IMG/VR virus record: IMGVR_UViG_2974736276_000001
Span: 96,001 to 160,000 of that record
Length of the DNA stretch: 64,000 nucleotides
Strand: one strand, 5' to 3'
DNA from: a virus
Taxonomy: Duplodnaviria; Caudoviricetes
In this document: positions 11,924-20,890 of the stretch, piece after piece
Numbering within the stretch: the stretch's first letter is position 1
Layout of the letters: each line of letters opens with the position of its first letter
Position numbers and translations under genes: made by a program
Notes under the pieces: model-generated
What the model was told of the DNA's origin: nothing
Database searches by the model: none
Seen by the model: only the letters and a program-made list of their open reading frames with translations

Positions 11924-12937
11924 ATGGCTGACGAAAAGTTATTCGGACACGACGGAAGAGGAAACTATTACGGAGTTGCTCTGGTAGAAGTTCCCGACGG
12001 AGTTAAAATACCTTTCGATGATATTTTAGTAAAGGGAGATAAAATTGGTCCTCAAGATATTGACGGAACTGATTATGGAATGGGATTCCTTGAATTAGAG
12101 GATTCTTCAAAAGCATTGAACTATATTGGAATTGATCCTGATGATTTGGGAGTAGCAGGTCCCGCCGGACCAAGAGGTCCAGAAGGTCCAATGGGTCCCG
12201 TAGGGCCAGCTGGATTGAATTGGAGATCTTCATATGATAGTACCATTACGTATCAGAAAGACGACGCTGTCGGGTACTCTGGTGCATCTTATTTCTGTTT
12301 AAAGGAAGTAACTGGTGTTGCTCCTTTACCAGAGAATGATTCATGGGCTCTTTTAGCTTCTCAAGGTGCAAGAGGTCCTGCGGGTCTTAATGGGACAGAT
12401 GGTAAAAACGGGACAGACGGCAAGGATGGTACCAACGGTAAAGATGCTGTATTTGATCTAAGCAAATTAACCCAAGAAGAATTAAAAGCACTTTCACAAA
12501 GTCTTTATAAAGCTAATCAACTTAAATGGATTAATAAAGTTGCGCTTGGAATGCCGTACAACACTTCTAACACAGCAGTCTTCCGAATTGCTGACACTAA
12601 TCTCCAAATCAAATTTACTCCGACTGGAACATCAGCTGTTAAAATAGATCTTTCCAGATTTAGCGCTGATTCTCCTTCAAAATATGATGTCAAAAGGTCT
12701 ACCCAATATGATGGCGGTATTGAAGGCGCAACATTCTCTGATACTACGTTCACCGATTCATGGACAAATATTGATGCGACAACATACACAGGAATGAGAG
12801 AATCAGATTGGCTTGCTATATTTGAAAGAAGCACCCAAACATGGTGGAGATGCTATATTAACATTGCTGGGACTTGGAACACAAATGATAGCGGTGTTTA
12901 TATCTTAGTCGAAACAGTTAAAATGCAGGAGAGCTAA
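11924..12937 (+). CDS. Collagen-repeat fibre-like protein with putative carbohydrate-binding module
   Basis: AGGAG SD; two Gly-X-Y tracts (GVAGPAGPRGPEGPMGPVGPAG; GARGPAGLNGTDGKNGTDGKDGTNGKD) flanking a W-x8-Y-x2-DDAVGYSGASY motif. Confidence 0.75.
   Translation: MADEKLFGHDGRGNYYGVALVEVPDGVKIPFDDILVKGDKIGPQDIDGTDYGMGFLELEDSSKALNYIGIDPDDLGVAGPAGPRGPEGPMGPVGPAGLNWRSSYDSTITYQKDDAVGYSGASYFCLKEVTGVAPLPENDSWALLASQGARGPAGLNGTDGKNGTDGKDGTNGKDAVFDLSKLTQEELKALSQSLYKANQLKWINKVALGMPYNTSNTAVFRIADTNLQIKFTPTGTSAVKIDLSRFSADSPSKYDVKRSTQYDGGIEGATFSDTTFTDSWTNIDATTYTGMRESDWLAIFERSTQTWWRCYINIAGTWNTNDSGVYILVETVKMQES
12389..12445 (+). repeat. Imperfect 9/18-nt coding repeats (GTD-GKN-GTD-GKD-GTN-GKD)
   Basis: aatgggacagatggtaaa / aacgggacagacggcaag / gatggtaccaacggtaaa. 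Confidence 0.6.
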
Positions 12938-12938
12938 T

Positions 12939-13439
12939 GTGAAAATTCTTGGGCCTAATAAGGCCCTTCTTGGTAAAGATATAACGTATTCAGCCGATGT
13001 AGTATCTTACACTTCCATTAAATGGTATAAAGACGGAAATGAAATTTCTTTACTTCCAAGTGAAGATCCAATGCATCTTAATTTGTATGATATCGGATAT
13101 ATGGCAGCAGGAACTTATTGGGCAGTAGTCGATAGAATAAAGTCGAATGAAATTACCTTGTCAGTAGTTGAGAAACTTGCTGAACAGTACTGTTATATTC
13201 ATCCTATTCCGTGGCGACGTTGTGGTTATATCTGGATTGGTTGGTGGGTATTTGATGAAATCATAGAAGCTAATGCCGACGGGTTTGATTGGATGTCTGA
13301 TCCAATGAATGAAAGATTCAAATACCCCAAGGACATAAGTACGTTGGCTTGGGGATTTGAAAATTATGGCGATCTTGAAGTACAAGAATCTAGAAATGGA
13401 TATATTTACTGCAGAGATGAGCTAATTAAATTAACATAA
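12939..13439 (+). CDS. Hoc-like protein: one Ig-like domain plus Hoc C-terminal capsid-binding domain
   Basis: KWYKDG...AGTYW Ig motif; YIHP.P.R..GYIWIGWWV..EI...VQESRNGY Hoc motif; GTG start with GGAG SD. Confidence 0.8.
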   Translation: MKILGPNKALLGKDITYSADVVSYTSIKWYKDGNEISLLPSEDPMHLNLYDIGYMAAGTYWAVVDRIKSNEITLSVVEKLAEQYCYIHPIPWRRCGYIWIGWWVFDEIIEANADGFDWMSDPMNERFKYPKDISTLAWGFENYGDLEVQESRNGYIYCRDELIKLT

Positions 13440-13818
13440 ACACAATAAAAGCGTACGTCAGATAATGAGCCATTTGATCTGCACCCAGTGCAATCCAGAA
13501 CTTGTTTTCTGACGTGCTGTAATGACTGAATCCTTGAGCTTTTATCATGTCAACAACGAAATGAACAATTCCATCGAATAACGCAAAGGCTATTCCAATT
13601 CCCAGAGCTAATCCCCACGGCAGAACAGCCAACAACCCACCGAAAAGAACCGCAAGCGTTAAAACTGCATGAACAGACGAATGAGCAAATAACGGTCTAA
13701 CCCATCCCTCTTTTTTAGATTTACCAAGCATATATGTAGTTTGCAAAGGAAAATCCGCAATGAAGTGTTTAACGATTAATAAAACCATTAACACTAATGC
13801 AACTGAAGATGAAATCAT
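13426..13818 (-). CDS. DUF3307-like membrane protein
   Basis: HFIADFPLQT, AHSSVH, HFVVD, DQMAH pattern in hydrophobic helices; ATGA overlap with upstream gene. Confidence 0.7.
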   Translation of the reverse strand: MISSSVALVLMVLLIVKHFIADFPLQTTYMLGKSKKEGWVRPLFAHSSVHAVLTLAVLFGGLLAVLPWGLALGIGIAFALFDGIVHFVVDMIKAQGFSHYSTSENKFWIALGADQMAHYLTYAFIVFMLI

Positions 13819-14366
13819 AATAACCAATCCAAATCAGATTTAAAGGCGTATTCTTCTTCTAAAGGAATACGTATATTGTCATGTAAAAGATTATAACACG
13901 GAATTCCGAACTTTCTTGCTATATCAACTGCAACTCGAGTCCCGCCCGAAACTTTCATATGCACTTCAGGTGCCCAGTAATATACAGCATCAACTGGTTC
14001 TAAGCAATCCAATCCTAATATCTGCATGGAGTTACGAGAAAATAAATTTTGAGCACCACGTTTTACTTGCTCAAAATATCCGGTAACTGACATTGCTTGA
14101 ACAACAGATTTTATTTTAGCTTCATTGGTTTGATTAGCCCAACAATAATATCCAGGAGAAGTTTCATGCTCATTGAATCCTTTCCATGGAATTATAATGC
14201 GAGATAATTCAGGATTATAGTCTGCCATCCATGCATCATCCATTCCTGGTGCTCCACCCGAATAACCAACTATACCTTTATCACTAAATCCCTTTCCAAT
14301 TACTCTAGCAAGTGCCTGAATATTTTGCGGCGCTCTTCGAGAACCAATTAACGCCACACGTTTCAT
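13815..14366 (-). CDS. SLOG/DprA-like nucleotide-binding protein
   Basis: VALIGSR, SGGAPGMD, RN, SGGT motifs typical of SLOG (DprA/Smf-like). Confidence 0.7.
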   Translation of the reverse strand: MKRVALIGSRRAPQNIQALARVIGKGFSDKGIVGYSGGAPGMDDAWMADYNPELSRIIIPWKGFNEHETSPGYYCWANQTNEAKIKSVVQAMSVTGYFEQVKRGAQNLFSRNSMQILGLDCLEPVDAVYYWAPEVHMKVSGGTRVAVDIARKFGIPCYNLLHDNIRIPLEEEYAFKSDLDWLL

Positions 14367-14533
14367 AATTCAACCTGGTGTTTAATTTTTAGTTGACAGG
14401 ATTTACTGTATTTTGATTTAGGAACAGGCTGATACCCAAGTTCTCCTCGAGCAACAGCCTGTGCTATTTCATCATATCTTTTTTGCTGAGCTTTCTTTAA
14501 CTCAGTCGGTGAGTAGCTCTGTCCAGCGTTCAC
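14363..14533 (-). CDS. Small hypothetical protein, 56 aa (not in ORF track)
   Basis: GTG start inside rnlB 3' end with AGGA SD; MNAGQSYSPTELKKAQQKRYDEIAQAVARGELGY...; TGA overlaps the ATG of the next gene. Confidence 0.5.
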   Translation of the reverse strand: MNAGQSYSPTELKKAQQKRYDEIAQAVARGELGYQPVPKSKYSKSCQLKIKHQVEL

Positions 14534-15512
14534 GGATAACTTCCTGCACCAGTTTTTGCAGTTGTTTCTTGACTAGCGCCGGGTCTTCAGCATGGCTAAT
14601 TTCCAGACCTTCACGCTCTGCTTCAACAAAGATATCTTGCAGAGTCAGGCCCATTACTTTACCGAAGTCTTTAGCAGTCACTTCACCCAGTTTAGAAACA
14701 ACGTTTGATACGCGATTCCAGGTGGCATATTCGCTGAACTTGGTCAATACATCAGCATCAATTTCAGACAACTCTTTTGGTGGCTGAATCAGCTTGTCTG
14801 ATTTTTTCTTTTCGCTGAATTTAGAGTTCTTGCATTTAATTGCAACACGAGAACCATTTGGCAGATAAGCTGGTTTATTTGGTTTCAATACATAACCTTC
14901 TGAAACGTTTGGACCTTCTTCATCTGCGAATACTTCCCAGACAGTCTCGTTAGTTTCGACAGTATTACCGCCTGAAGCCAAAGCATTAAAATCATTTACA
15001 CGACTTTGGAAGTCATTTGGAATTTTAATAAGATCTTCAAATTTACCACGACCAAGCAACGGCGCCATTTTGAAACCATAATGATTAGCCAAGTCTTCAA
15101 CTACTTTATCTTCAGCGTATGATACTTCACCGCCATAATTCATCAGCATGTCGAATACGTAGAATTCTTTTTCACCGTAGTCAACTTCTTTCTGAATACC
15201 GCCACCAGCGAACTCACCGAACACCTGAATGGATTTCAAATCAAGGTGACTTAAAGATGCACGAAGGCCTTCAAATGATTCTTTATAGCGCTTCATGATA
15301 ATTTCATAACCGAAGAAATTCTCGGCAGAAAGAATGACACCAGAACGTTTACAAGGTTGAATCAAGTCAGGAGTAATCAGTACACTGAAGTTAGTACCAT
15401 GAATCTTTTCACGAGCAACCCATTCACCACTATCGAGAGCAAGCTCTCGAATCTTCGAGATGAATTTACCATTGTGGTGATTTTCAAGTGAGCTATAACT
15501 ATTGAATTCCAT
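14502..15512 (-). CDS. rnlB: RNA ligase 2
   Basis: REKIHGTNFS motif I, QVFGEFAGGGIQK, EGYVLKP, AIKCKNSKFSE. Confidence 0.95.
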   Translation of the reverse strand: MEFNSYSSLENHHNGKFISKIRELALDSGEWVAREKIHGTNFSVLITPDLIQPCKRSGVILSAENFFGYEIIMKRYKESFEGLRASLSHLDLKSIQVFGEFAGGGIQKEVDYGEKEFYVFDMLMNYGGEVSYAEDKVVEDLANHYGFKMAPLLGRGKFEDLIKIPNDFQSRVNDFNALASGGNTVETNETVWEVFADEEGPNVSEGYVLKPNKPAYLPNGSRVAIKCKNSKFSEKKKSDKLIQPPKELSEIDADVLTKFSEYATWNRVSNVVSKLGEVTAKDFGKVMGLTLQDIFVEAEREGLEISHAEDPALVKKQLQKLVQEVIRERWTELLTD

Positions 15513-15571
15513 AATATTCCTTTCTTTTATTGTTAGCCGTATAAATAGCGGCCTGAACTATTATACATGAT

Positions 15572-15598
15572 AATATACTAAAATTTAATTAAGCATAT
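15572..15598 (-). promoter_or_regulatory. Putative MotA-dependent middle promoter for rnlB
   Basis: Minus strand ATGCTTAA-N11-TATATT. Confidence 0.5.
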
Positions 15599-15954
15599 TA
15601 CCACTTGATTTTAAGAGTAATACCGCCGCGCTGGTATGATGTATCTTCACTGCGTTCTACAGTGAAACCTTCGGAACGAAGACTTTCAGTAACTTTAGAT
15701 TCAAAATGCGCATCAGATGCTTTGATTAAAAAAGATGCTTCAAATTTACCAAGAGCAGCAATAGCGTCTATCTGAGCGTAAATCCTATCGAGAATTCCAT
15801 TAACACCATTCTCAATTAGATCTAAAGCTGTTTGACGAGCCTTAAATGCTTTTGAGCTTTCATTGAAGGTGCGCCTCACTTCTTTAAATGCAGTCTCTGA
15901 GCGAGTTGAACAACGCTGAAGACGATCATCACCAAAACCAAAATCACCAATCAT
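15598..15954 (-). CDS. Hypothetical protein
   Basis: 118-aa ORF with GAGG SD in a tightly packed minus-strand run. Confidence 0.7.
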   Translation of the reverse strand: MIGDFGFGDDRLQRCSTRSETAFKEVRRTFNESSKAFKARQTALDLIENGVNGILDRIYAQIDAIAALGKFEASFLIKASDAHFESKVTESLRSEGFTVERSEDTSYQRGGITLKIKW

Positions 15955-15962
15955 AATAGCCT

Positions 15963-16304
15963 CTACGCTTTAATCACGCGATATTCGAAAGTATTACGAT
16001 GAGTCTTTCGAACTTCAAATTGAACTTTCATACCTACTGTAATCACGAGTACTTCGCGAATCTGTAGATCATAATCTTCTAAAGTATATCCACCAAGGAT
16101 GTCTTTAATAATAGGGCGCATGATTAAAGAGCCACTTTTATAGAAGAATTCACGATCAAGCCCTGCACTGACTGCAAGAATACCTGAAAAGTCGCTCAGC
16201 GATCGCCATTTGTTTAAACCGAGAGATGCACTAGTGAATTTAGAATTCATCATGTGCGTAAATGCAAATACAAAATGTGTTTTATCACGGGATAAGTATG
16301 TCAT
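15963..16304 (-). CDS. Hypothetical protein (position of T4 24.2)
   Basis: 113-aa ORF; ATGA overlap with upstream gene. Confidence 0.7.
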   Translation of the reverse strand: MTYLSRDKTHFVFAFTHMMNSKFTSASLGLNKWRSLSDFSGILAVSAGLDREFFYKSGSLIMRPIIKDILGGYTLEDYDLQIREVLVITVGMKVQFEVRKTHRNTFEYRVIKA

Positions 16305-16543
16305 ACTAATTCCTTCATTCGTTTAATAAGTTCACCTAAGTGACCTGAGGAGGTTGTTAATCGACGGCGGTAGACTACCTTCGGACGCTCTTTCGATTTG
16401 TTTCGGGCGATCAGGACATCTGCTACGGCATCAGAAACATCCTGTGCAGATAGTCCACCAATTTGACGTGCGATTTCTTTAAAAGATAAACCAGATTCTT
16501 TTAAAGCATACATTTTTAATTTATCGCTATTTTTTAGAGGCAT
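16301..16543 (-). CDS. 24.3: gp24.3-like small helix-turn-helix protein (DUF2774-like)
   Basis: LKESGLSFKEIARQIG HTH-like motif; basic C-terminus; position. Confidence 0.65.
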   Translation of the reverse strand: MPLKNSDKLKMYALKESGLSFKEIARQIGGLSAQDVSDAVADVLIARNKSKERPKVVYRRRLTTSSGHLGELIKRMKELV

Positions 16544-16591
16544 AAATTCCTAATCCAAAAATTAAAGAGGTGATAACAACACCGGACCAGA

Positions 16592-16620
16592 ATTCTACAT
16601 TATAAATCGCGTGAAGCAAA
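16592..16620 (-). promoter_or_regulatory. Putative middle promoter
   Basis: Minus strand TTTGCTTCA-N14-TAGAAT (spacer slightly long). Confidence 0.45.
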
Positions 16621-16630
16621 ATATCCAACA

Positions 16631-16855
16631 TCATAAAGCCTCAACAATGATTTCTACTGAGACAACTTCGACTTTTTCTTCATCTTTGATATAATGAGTT
16701 TCACCTGTAGTCAAATGAACACAATGCACCAAATCACCTTTTGAACCTGTGACCATGAAGATGTTGTTATTAAAATCAAACTTTGCACCTTTAAGTAATT
16801 GGTGGGCAAATGTTGTTTGCAGCTTTTTACGATTATCAGTAATTTTAGTTGGCAT
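16631..16855 (-). CDS. Hypothetical protein, 74 aa
   Basis: Start reassigned to MPTKITDN, preceded by GAGGT SD. Confidence 0.6.
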   Translation of the reverse strand: MPTKITDNRKKLQTTFAHQLLKGAKFDFNNNIFMVTGSKGDLVHCVHLTTGETHYIKDEEKVEVVSVEIIVEAL

Positions 16856-17081
16856 TTTTAACCTCATAATAAGTAATAGCAAGAACGCCGTCCTGGAAAT
16901 TGAAAGCATCAGACATAGTATTTTCCAGTCCCAACTTTTTCCAGAGTGCAACTTTAGCCTTTGCGTATTGAACCATATAATCAAAATTATTAGGTTCATA
17001 TTGTGATGCAGTCCAACATTCAACTAAAGTTTGTGCTTCAGGTGACATCACTACATCAATAAGAATAGGTTGTAATCGCAT
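16845..17081 (-). CDS. Hypothetical protein
   Basis: GGAG SD 8 nt before ATG at 17081. Confidence 0.6.
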   Translation of the reverse strand: MRLQPILIDVVMSPEAQTLVECWTASQYEPNNFDYMVQYAKAKVALWKKLGLENTMSDAFNFQDGVLAITYYEVKNAN

Positions 17082-17118
17082 CAGCAAATCTCCAAATGGC
17101 GGAATTCAACAGTAATCA

Positions 17119-17289
17119 TTATTTTTTAATCCAATTAATAGGAACAATTTCACTATACTTCTGTTGTTCTTCGGAGAAATGGTCAAGAAATAATGTCCAA
17201 GCAGCTTTTTCACTATTAAAGATGAAAAACGTTCCATCTTTCTTATTATGCCATATTCGACCAGTTCTTTTTGAGATTATTGCAAACAT
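17119..17289 (-). CDS. Hypothetical protein, 56 aa
   Basis: GGAG SD before MFAIISKR. Confidence 0.6.
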   Translation of the reverse strand: MFAIISKRTGRIWHNKKDGTFFIFNSEKAAWTLFLDHFSEEQQKYSEIVPINWIKK

Positions 17290-17603
17290 AATTTCTCCAC
17301 AAATGCCCATTCAGCGTGATATACAGTTGCGCCTTTAATGTCACTGAGCATTTCAGTTCCGACTGGTGCAACCACACGATAAAGTACAGGCTCTCCGCCA
17401 ATTGACCGAGCTGCTCGACCTGCATAGATTTTTGCCAGACCTAAGTCTTCTGTGAAGAACACTCGGTCCAAATTTTTCTTACGGCCCGTTTCACTGAGAG
17501 TTTGGGTTGTAGATGGTGGAAGAAGCATATCCTTGATACCTGCTACAGTACAAGAACCATGATAAAAGACCTTTGCTTCTTTCCGACAGTGAATGGTTTC
17601 CAT
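17277..17603 (-). CDS. Small ADP-ribosyltransferase-fold protein (Arr-like)
   Basis: FYHGS, VFFTEDLGLAKIYA, GEPVLYRV motif order; GGAGG SD; first gene after an early promoter. Confidence 0.6.
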   Translation of the reverse strand: METIHCRKEAKVFYHGSCTVAGIKDMLLPPSTTQTLSETGRKKNLDRVFFTEDLGLAKIYAGRAARSIGGEPVLYRVVAPVGTEMLSDIKGATVYHAEWAFVEKLCLQ

Positions 17604-17630
17604 AAGTTCCTCCGTTGTTGCTATGAGAGT

Positions 17631-17660
17631 ATCTTAACACCATCACTCTAGAAAGTAAAC
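17631..17660 (-). promoter_or_regulatory. T4-type early promoter
   Basis: GTTTAC-N18-TAAGAT on minus strand, directly after a terminator. Confidence 0.8.
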
Positions 17661-17670
17661 AGCTAAAATG

Positions 17671-17697
17671 AAAAAAGCCTCAACCGAAGTTGAGGCT
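17671..17697 (-). terminator. Rho-independent terminator after depolymerase gene
   Basis: AGCCTCAAC-TTCG-GTTGAGGCT TTTTT on minus strand. Confidence 0.9.
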
Positions 17698-17702
17698 ATT
17701 AA

Positions 17703-20483
17703 TTACGATGTTACAGTGACAGTTGTTACACCACCATAAGTTGTTGCGCCAGTACCACCTGCACCGTTAGGAGAACGAACTGCAAGACGATATTGACCAG
17801 CATCTGCTGCAGCCATGCTCGCTTTGGTTAACGTCTGAGCTGTTGCGCCAGATACGTTTGTCCAAGTTGAACCATTATCAGAAGAGAACTGCCATTGCTG
17901 AGAAATTACATCAGTAACGACTGTAGTCAATGTTAATGTTGCACCTGCAGCTACTGAAGCTGTTGCCGGGTTCGCAGTCGTAAAGACTGGTTTCCAAGCA
18001 AATACTGGCCATGCCATTTCCTGACCGTTGATGCTAATACGTTCCCAACGCTGAATGTTCGGTAGAACCGGTTCATTCAAGAATTGCGCATCAGTAGCAA
18101 CAGTAGTCAACGTGGTATTCACTGCCGCAGTACTTGCAGTAGCGATTGCAGCTACAGTACCAGAAGCACCGAAACCTGCAGAACCTGTGTTGAAGTTAAA
18201 GCGACCAGTAACTGCGTTCAGACCAGGTGAACCTGCCTGAGTAATGCCCGATGGAACGTATTCGGCAGGGATACCCGCTTCATCACGATGTAAACCAGTT
18301 GCTTCAACAAACACTGTTACTTCACCAGCACGAGGACGAATAGAAACCCAAACTGCAGGAATTATATCGTTAGTCGTTTGTGTCTGATATTGAACACCGC
18401 TGATTGGACCTTGACCTTCAGAATACCAAGAAATTTTCGGTGTACCACCTGTACCACGACCGATGTTAATTGTCGCTTCACCTTGAAGGTAATCGCCTGT
18501 AATATTCTGAGTAGTTGAAGTGTTATAGTAAATACCACCTAAAACACGTGCTCTGAAGAATCCACCATTCGTTGGGTTACGGAATGAACCTAAGTTCAGG
18601 TACAACGTGTTATCAGTGTTGTTGGTTACACGAATTGGTCCACGTGTCCATTTAGCAACGACTGGGCAGTTGAAGTACGCACCGTAGTTCTGAAGAGTCC
18701 ATGAACCTTGATCGTAACCACCAGTCCAAGCTGTGATAGCTGAACCATCTGGGTTTTTCGGATAACTATTCCAAGAACCAGAAGTAGGCGAGAATGAATC
18801 AAAGTTATTACCAGTCGGAACTGATTTGGTGATGCAAGTGTATTTGGTGTACCATAGAATCGGGTTATCAATACAGTCTTCAACACAAACCATGCTCAAG
18901 TCCCATTGACCGTTGTTAATGTCAAATGGACATACGCCGTGTTCGAACCAGCAGTTACGCATGATTGCCTGTGCAGTTCTCGGTGCCCAAATAGCAGGAG
19001 CCATTGGATTTGAGAAGTTACAGTTGCTGAACACAATAGATGTTGAGTGATCCCAAGCACCGTATGTTTGACCCGACCAACCGATCTGGAATACAGGACC
19101 CGCTGTCAATGAACTGAAGATATTATCTGCAGTGCTGTCAAGTGTATCAAGCAAATAGAACATGTAAGAACCAGTGTTAATTGCTTGAATGTTTTCATAC
19201 TTACCGAAACATCCGCCCGGACATTGGTTGCTCAAGAATGGCTGAGTATTACTCGCTGTATCGTTGAACACACCTTTAGTTGCACCGACTAGCATCTTAG
19301 TTGTAGTATCTTGTGCTACAGTCTGCTGTCCATTCCAGATTAAATCACGAACTGTCAAACGACGATGGTTCACAAGGAACACAGGCGAAGTTGATTTATC
19401 CGAAATAATCGTAGTTTGAATTTGACGACCGGATTCTACAGGAGCACCTTTAATTACAAGACCACTTGCAGCGTAATATCCTGATGGGTTAAACACTGCG
19501 TCAGCAGCACCATCAGCAACTTTAGCACCGTATTTGGTATATTCTGCCGGCTTCATGAAATACGTACCAGTGTTGAACTGGATTGGTAAAGTGAATCCTT
19601 TATTACCTACACGAGATTGAGCATATGATGAAACCACGAAATCTAGGTTCAATTTAAATGCAGGCTGAGCATCGGTAACACCGTCAGCTACACCACCGAA
19701 ATCTGCGATAGTTAAATCTTGTAGAAGTTTATCACGAGTCCAATAACCTGTTCCGGCTTTGATTACAACACCGCCGTCATCTGTTGCAGAACCAGTTTTG
19801 GTACCAATAAACCAACCTGCGCCTTCTGGGCGGAAAACTGCTAGTGATGAAGGAGTGTGAACTTTCAGATAAACACGTTCACCGTCTGCTGCAGGTTGAC
19901 GTGCACGAAGAGCAGTGATATTCGCTACACCATTAACAGAATTCAACAATGAAGTAGTATTCGTGTTTGCTGTATTAGCATTGGTTGTCGCAGTAGCAGC
20001 TGCAGATTTAGCATCTGCTGCATCAGTTTTAGCTGAGCTAATGTCTGAAGTATTTTTACTTACATCAGTCTGCATATTAGTAACTTTTGTATCAAGTCCA
20101 CTAACTTGTGTAGTCAGTTGAGTTACTTTAGTCGCAGACGCATCAGCGCTATCTTTGGCAGCTTGAATTTGAATAGCTTGTGCTTTGACTTGATTATCAA
20201 GAGCAGTGATATTCGTATTAATTCCCGCAACATCAGAGAAAGCAATACCAAACAATACGCCTTTAGATCCGTCACTCAATTCAAACTGAATGTCATAACC
20301 ACCATTACCTGCAGCAAATTCAAAGAATCCACTTGTATCAGATATCAATGGGTTTGTAATTTTTGCTTCGGCACGGTTATATAAATCCGCAAGAGTAGTA
20401 GTACCCTGCTTATAAACATAGACCTTAGCCCCTGGGACAATTGCACCGGTTTTGCTCGTCGATACAAAGCTTTTAATTTCCAT
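17703..20483 (-). CDS. Tailspike-like polysaccharide depolymerase with coiled coil and C-terminal Ig-like domain
   Basis: N-terminal particle-binding-like domain (GAKVYVY...NPLISDTSG), heptad region, TIADFGGVADGVTDAQPAF beta-helix entry motif, Asn/Cys-rich body, C-terminal QQWQ...TLT...DAGQYR Ig motif. Confidence 0.75.
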   Translation of the reverse strand: MEIKSFVSTSKTGAIVPGAKVYVYKQGTTTLADLYNRAEAKITNPLISDTSGFFEFAAGNGGYDIQFELSDGSKGVLFGIAFSDVAGINTNITALDNQVKAQAIQIQAAKDSADASATKVTQLTTQVSGLDTKVTNMQTDVSKNTSDISSAKTDAADAKSAAATATTNANTANTNTTSLLNSVNGVANITALRARQPAADGERVYLKVHTPSSLAVFRPEGAGWFIGTKTGSATDDGGVVIKAGTGYWTRDKLLQDLTIADFGGVADGVTDAQPAFKLNLDFVVSSYAQSRVGNKGFTLPIQFNTGTYFMKPAEYTKYGAKVADGAADAVFNPSGYYAASGLVIKGAPVESGRQIQTTIISDKSTSPVFLVNHRRLTVRDLIWNGQQTVAQDTTTKMLVGATKGVFNDTASNTQPFLSNQCPGGCFGKYENIQAINTGSYMFYLLDTLDSTADNIFSSLTAGPVFQIGWSGQTYGAWDHSTSIVFSNCNFSNPMAPAIWAPRTAQAIMRNCWFEHGVCPFDINNGQWDLSMVCVEDCIDNPILWYTKYTCITKSVPTGNNFDSFSPTSGSWNSYPKNPDGSAITAWTGGYDQGSWTLQNYGAYFNCPVVAKWTRGPIRVTNNTDNTLYLNLGSFRNPTNGGFFRARVLGGIYYNTSTTQNITGDYLQGEATINIGRGTGGTPKISWYSEGQGPISGVQYQTQTTNDIIPAVWVSIRPRAGEVTVFVEATGLHRDEAGIPAEYVPSGITQAGSPGLNAVTGRFNFNTGSAGFGASGTVAAIATASTAAVNTTLTTVATDAQFLNEPVLPNIQRWERISINGQEMAWPVFAWKPVFTTANPATASVAAGATLTLTTVVTDVISQQWQFSSDNGSTWTNVSGATAQTLTKASMAAADAGQYRLAVRSPNGAGGTGATTYGGVTTVTVTS

Positions 20484-20492
20484 ACCTTTCCT

Positions 20493-20846
20493 TTATATTA
20501 CTATTTTCAACGGATCAATGTATACTAAATTCACTAAATCAGGCACAGGCCATTCACCAGTCCCGCCAAGACCAACATTCTCTGGAATGTAATTTTCCCA
20601 CATTGCAAAATATTCGTCTTCTATTTCTTGTTTGTTAAAGATGTATCCGCTTAATATCTCTTTAACATTCAGTTCATCATAATTTTTGAAAGCTTCAGAC
20701 AACATGAATAATTCGCCTGGGTATTTCAACTGATTATACTGGGTTTTCCAATCAATTCCAAGTGATTTTGCCCTAATGGTTTCATTAAGAACAGGAAAAC
20801 TTGTGATTGTACTTCCGACAGTTTTAGCTTTGATTATCGCAACCAT
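20493..20846 (-). CDS. Divergent stand-alone Hoc C-terminal-domain paralogue
   Basis: IDWKTQYNQLKY...GYIFNKQEIE aligns with 20891-21277; ESRNG replaced by EILSG; GWW lost. Confidence 0.7.
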   Translation of the reverse strand: MVAIIKAKTVGSTITSFPVLNETIRAKSLGIDWKTQYNQLKYPGELFMLSEAFKNYDELNVKEILSGYIFNKQEIEDEYFAMWENYIPENVGLGGTGEWPVPDLVNLVYIDPLKIVI

Positions 20847-20890
20847 ACGAGTTCCTTTCTTATTTAATAGGTCTTGACGGCTTCTATTTA

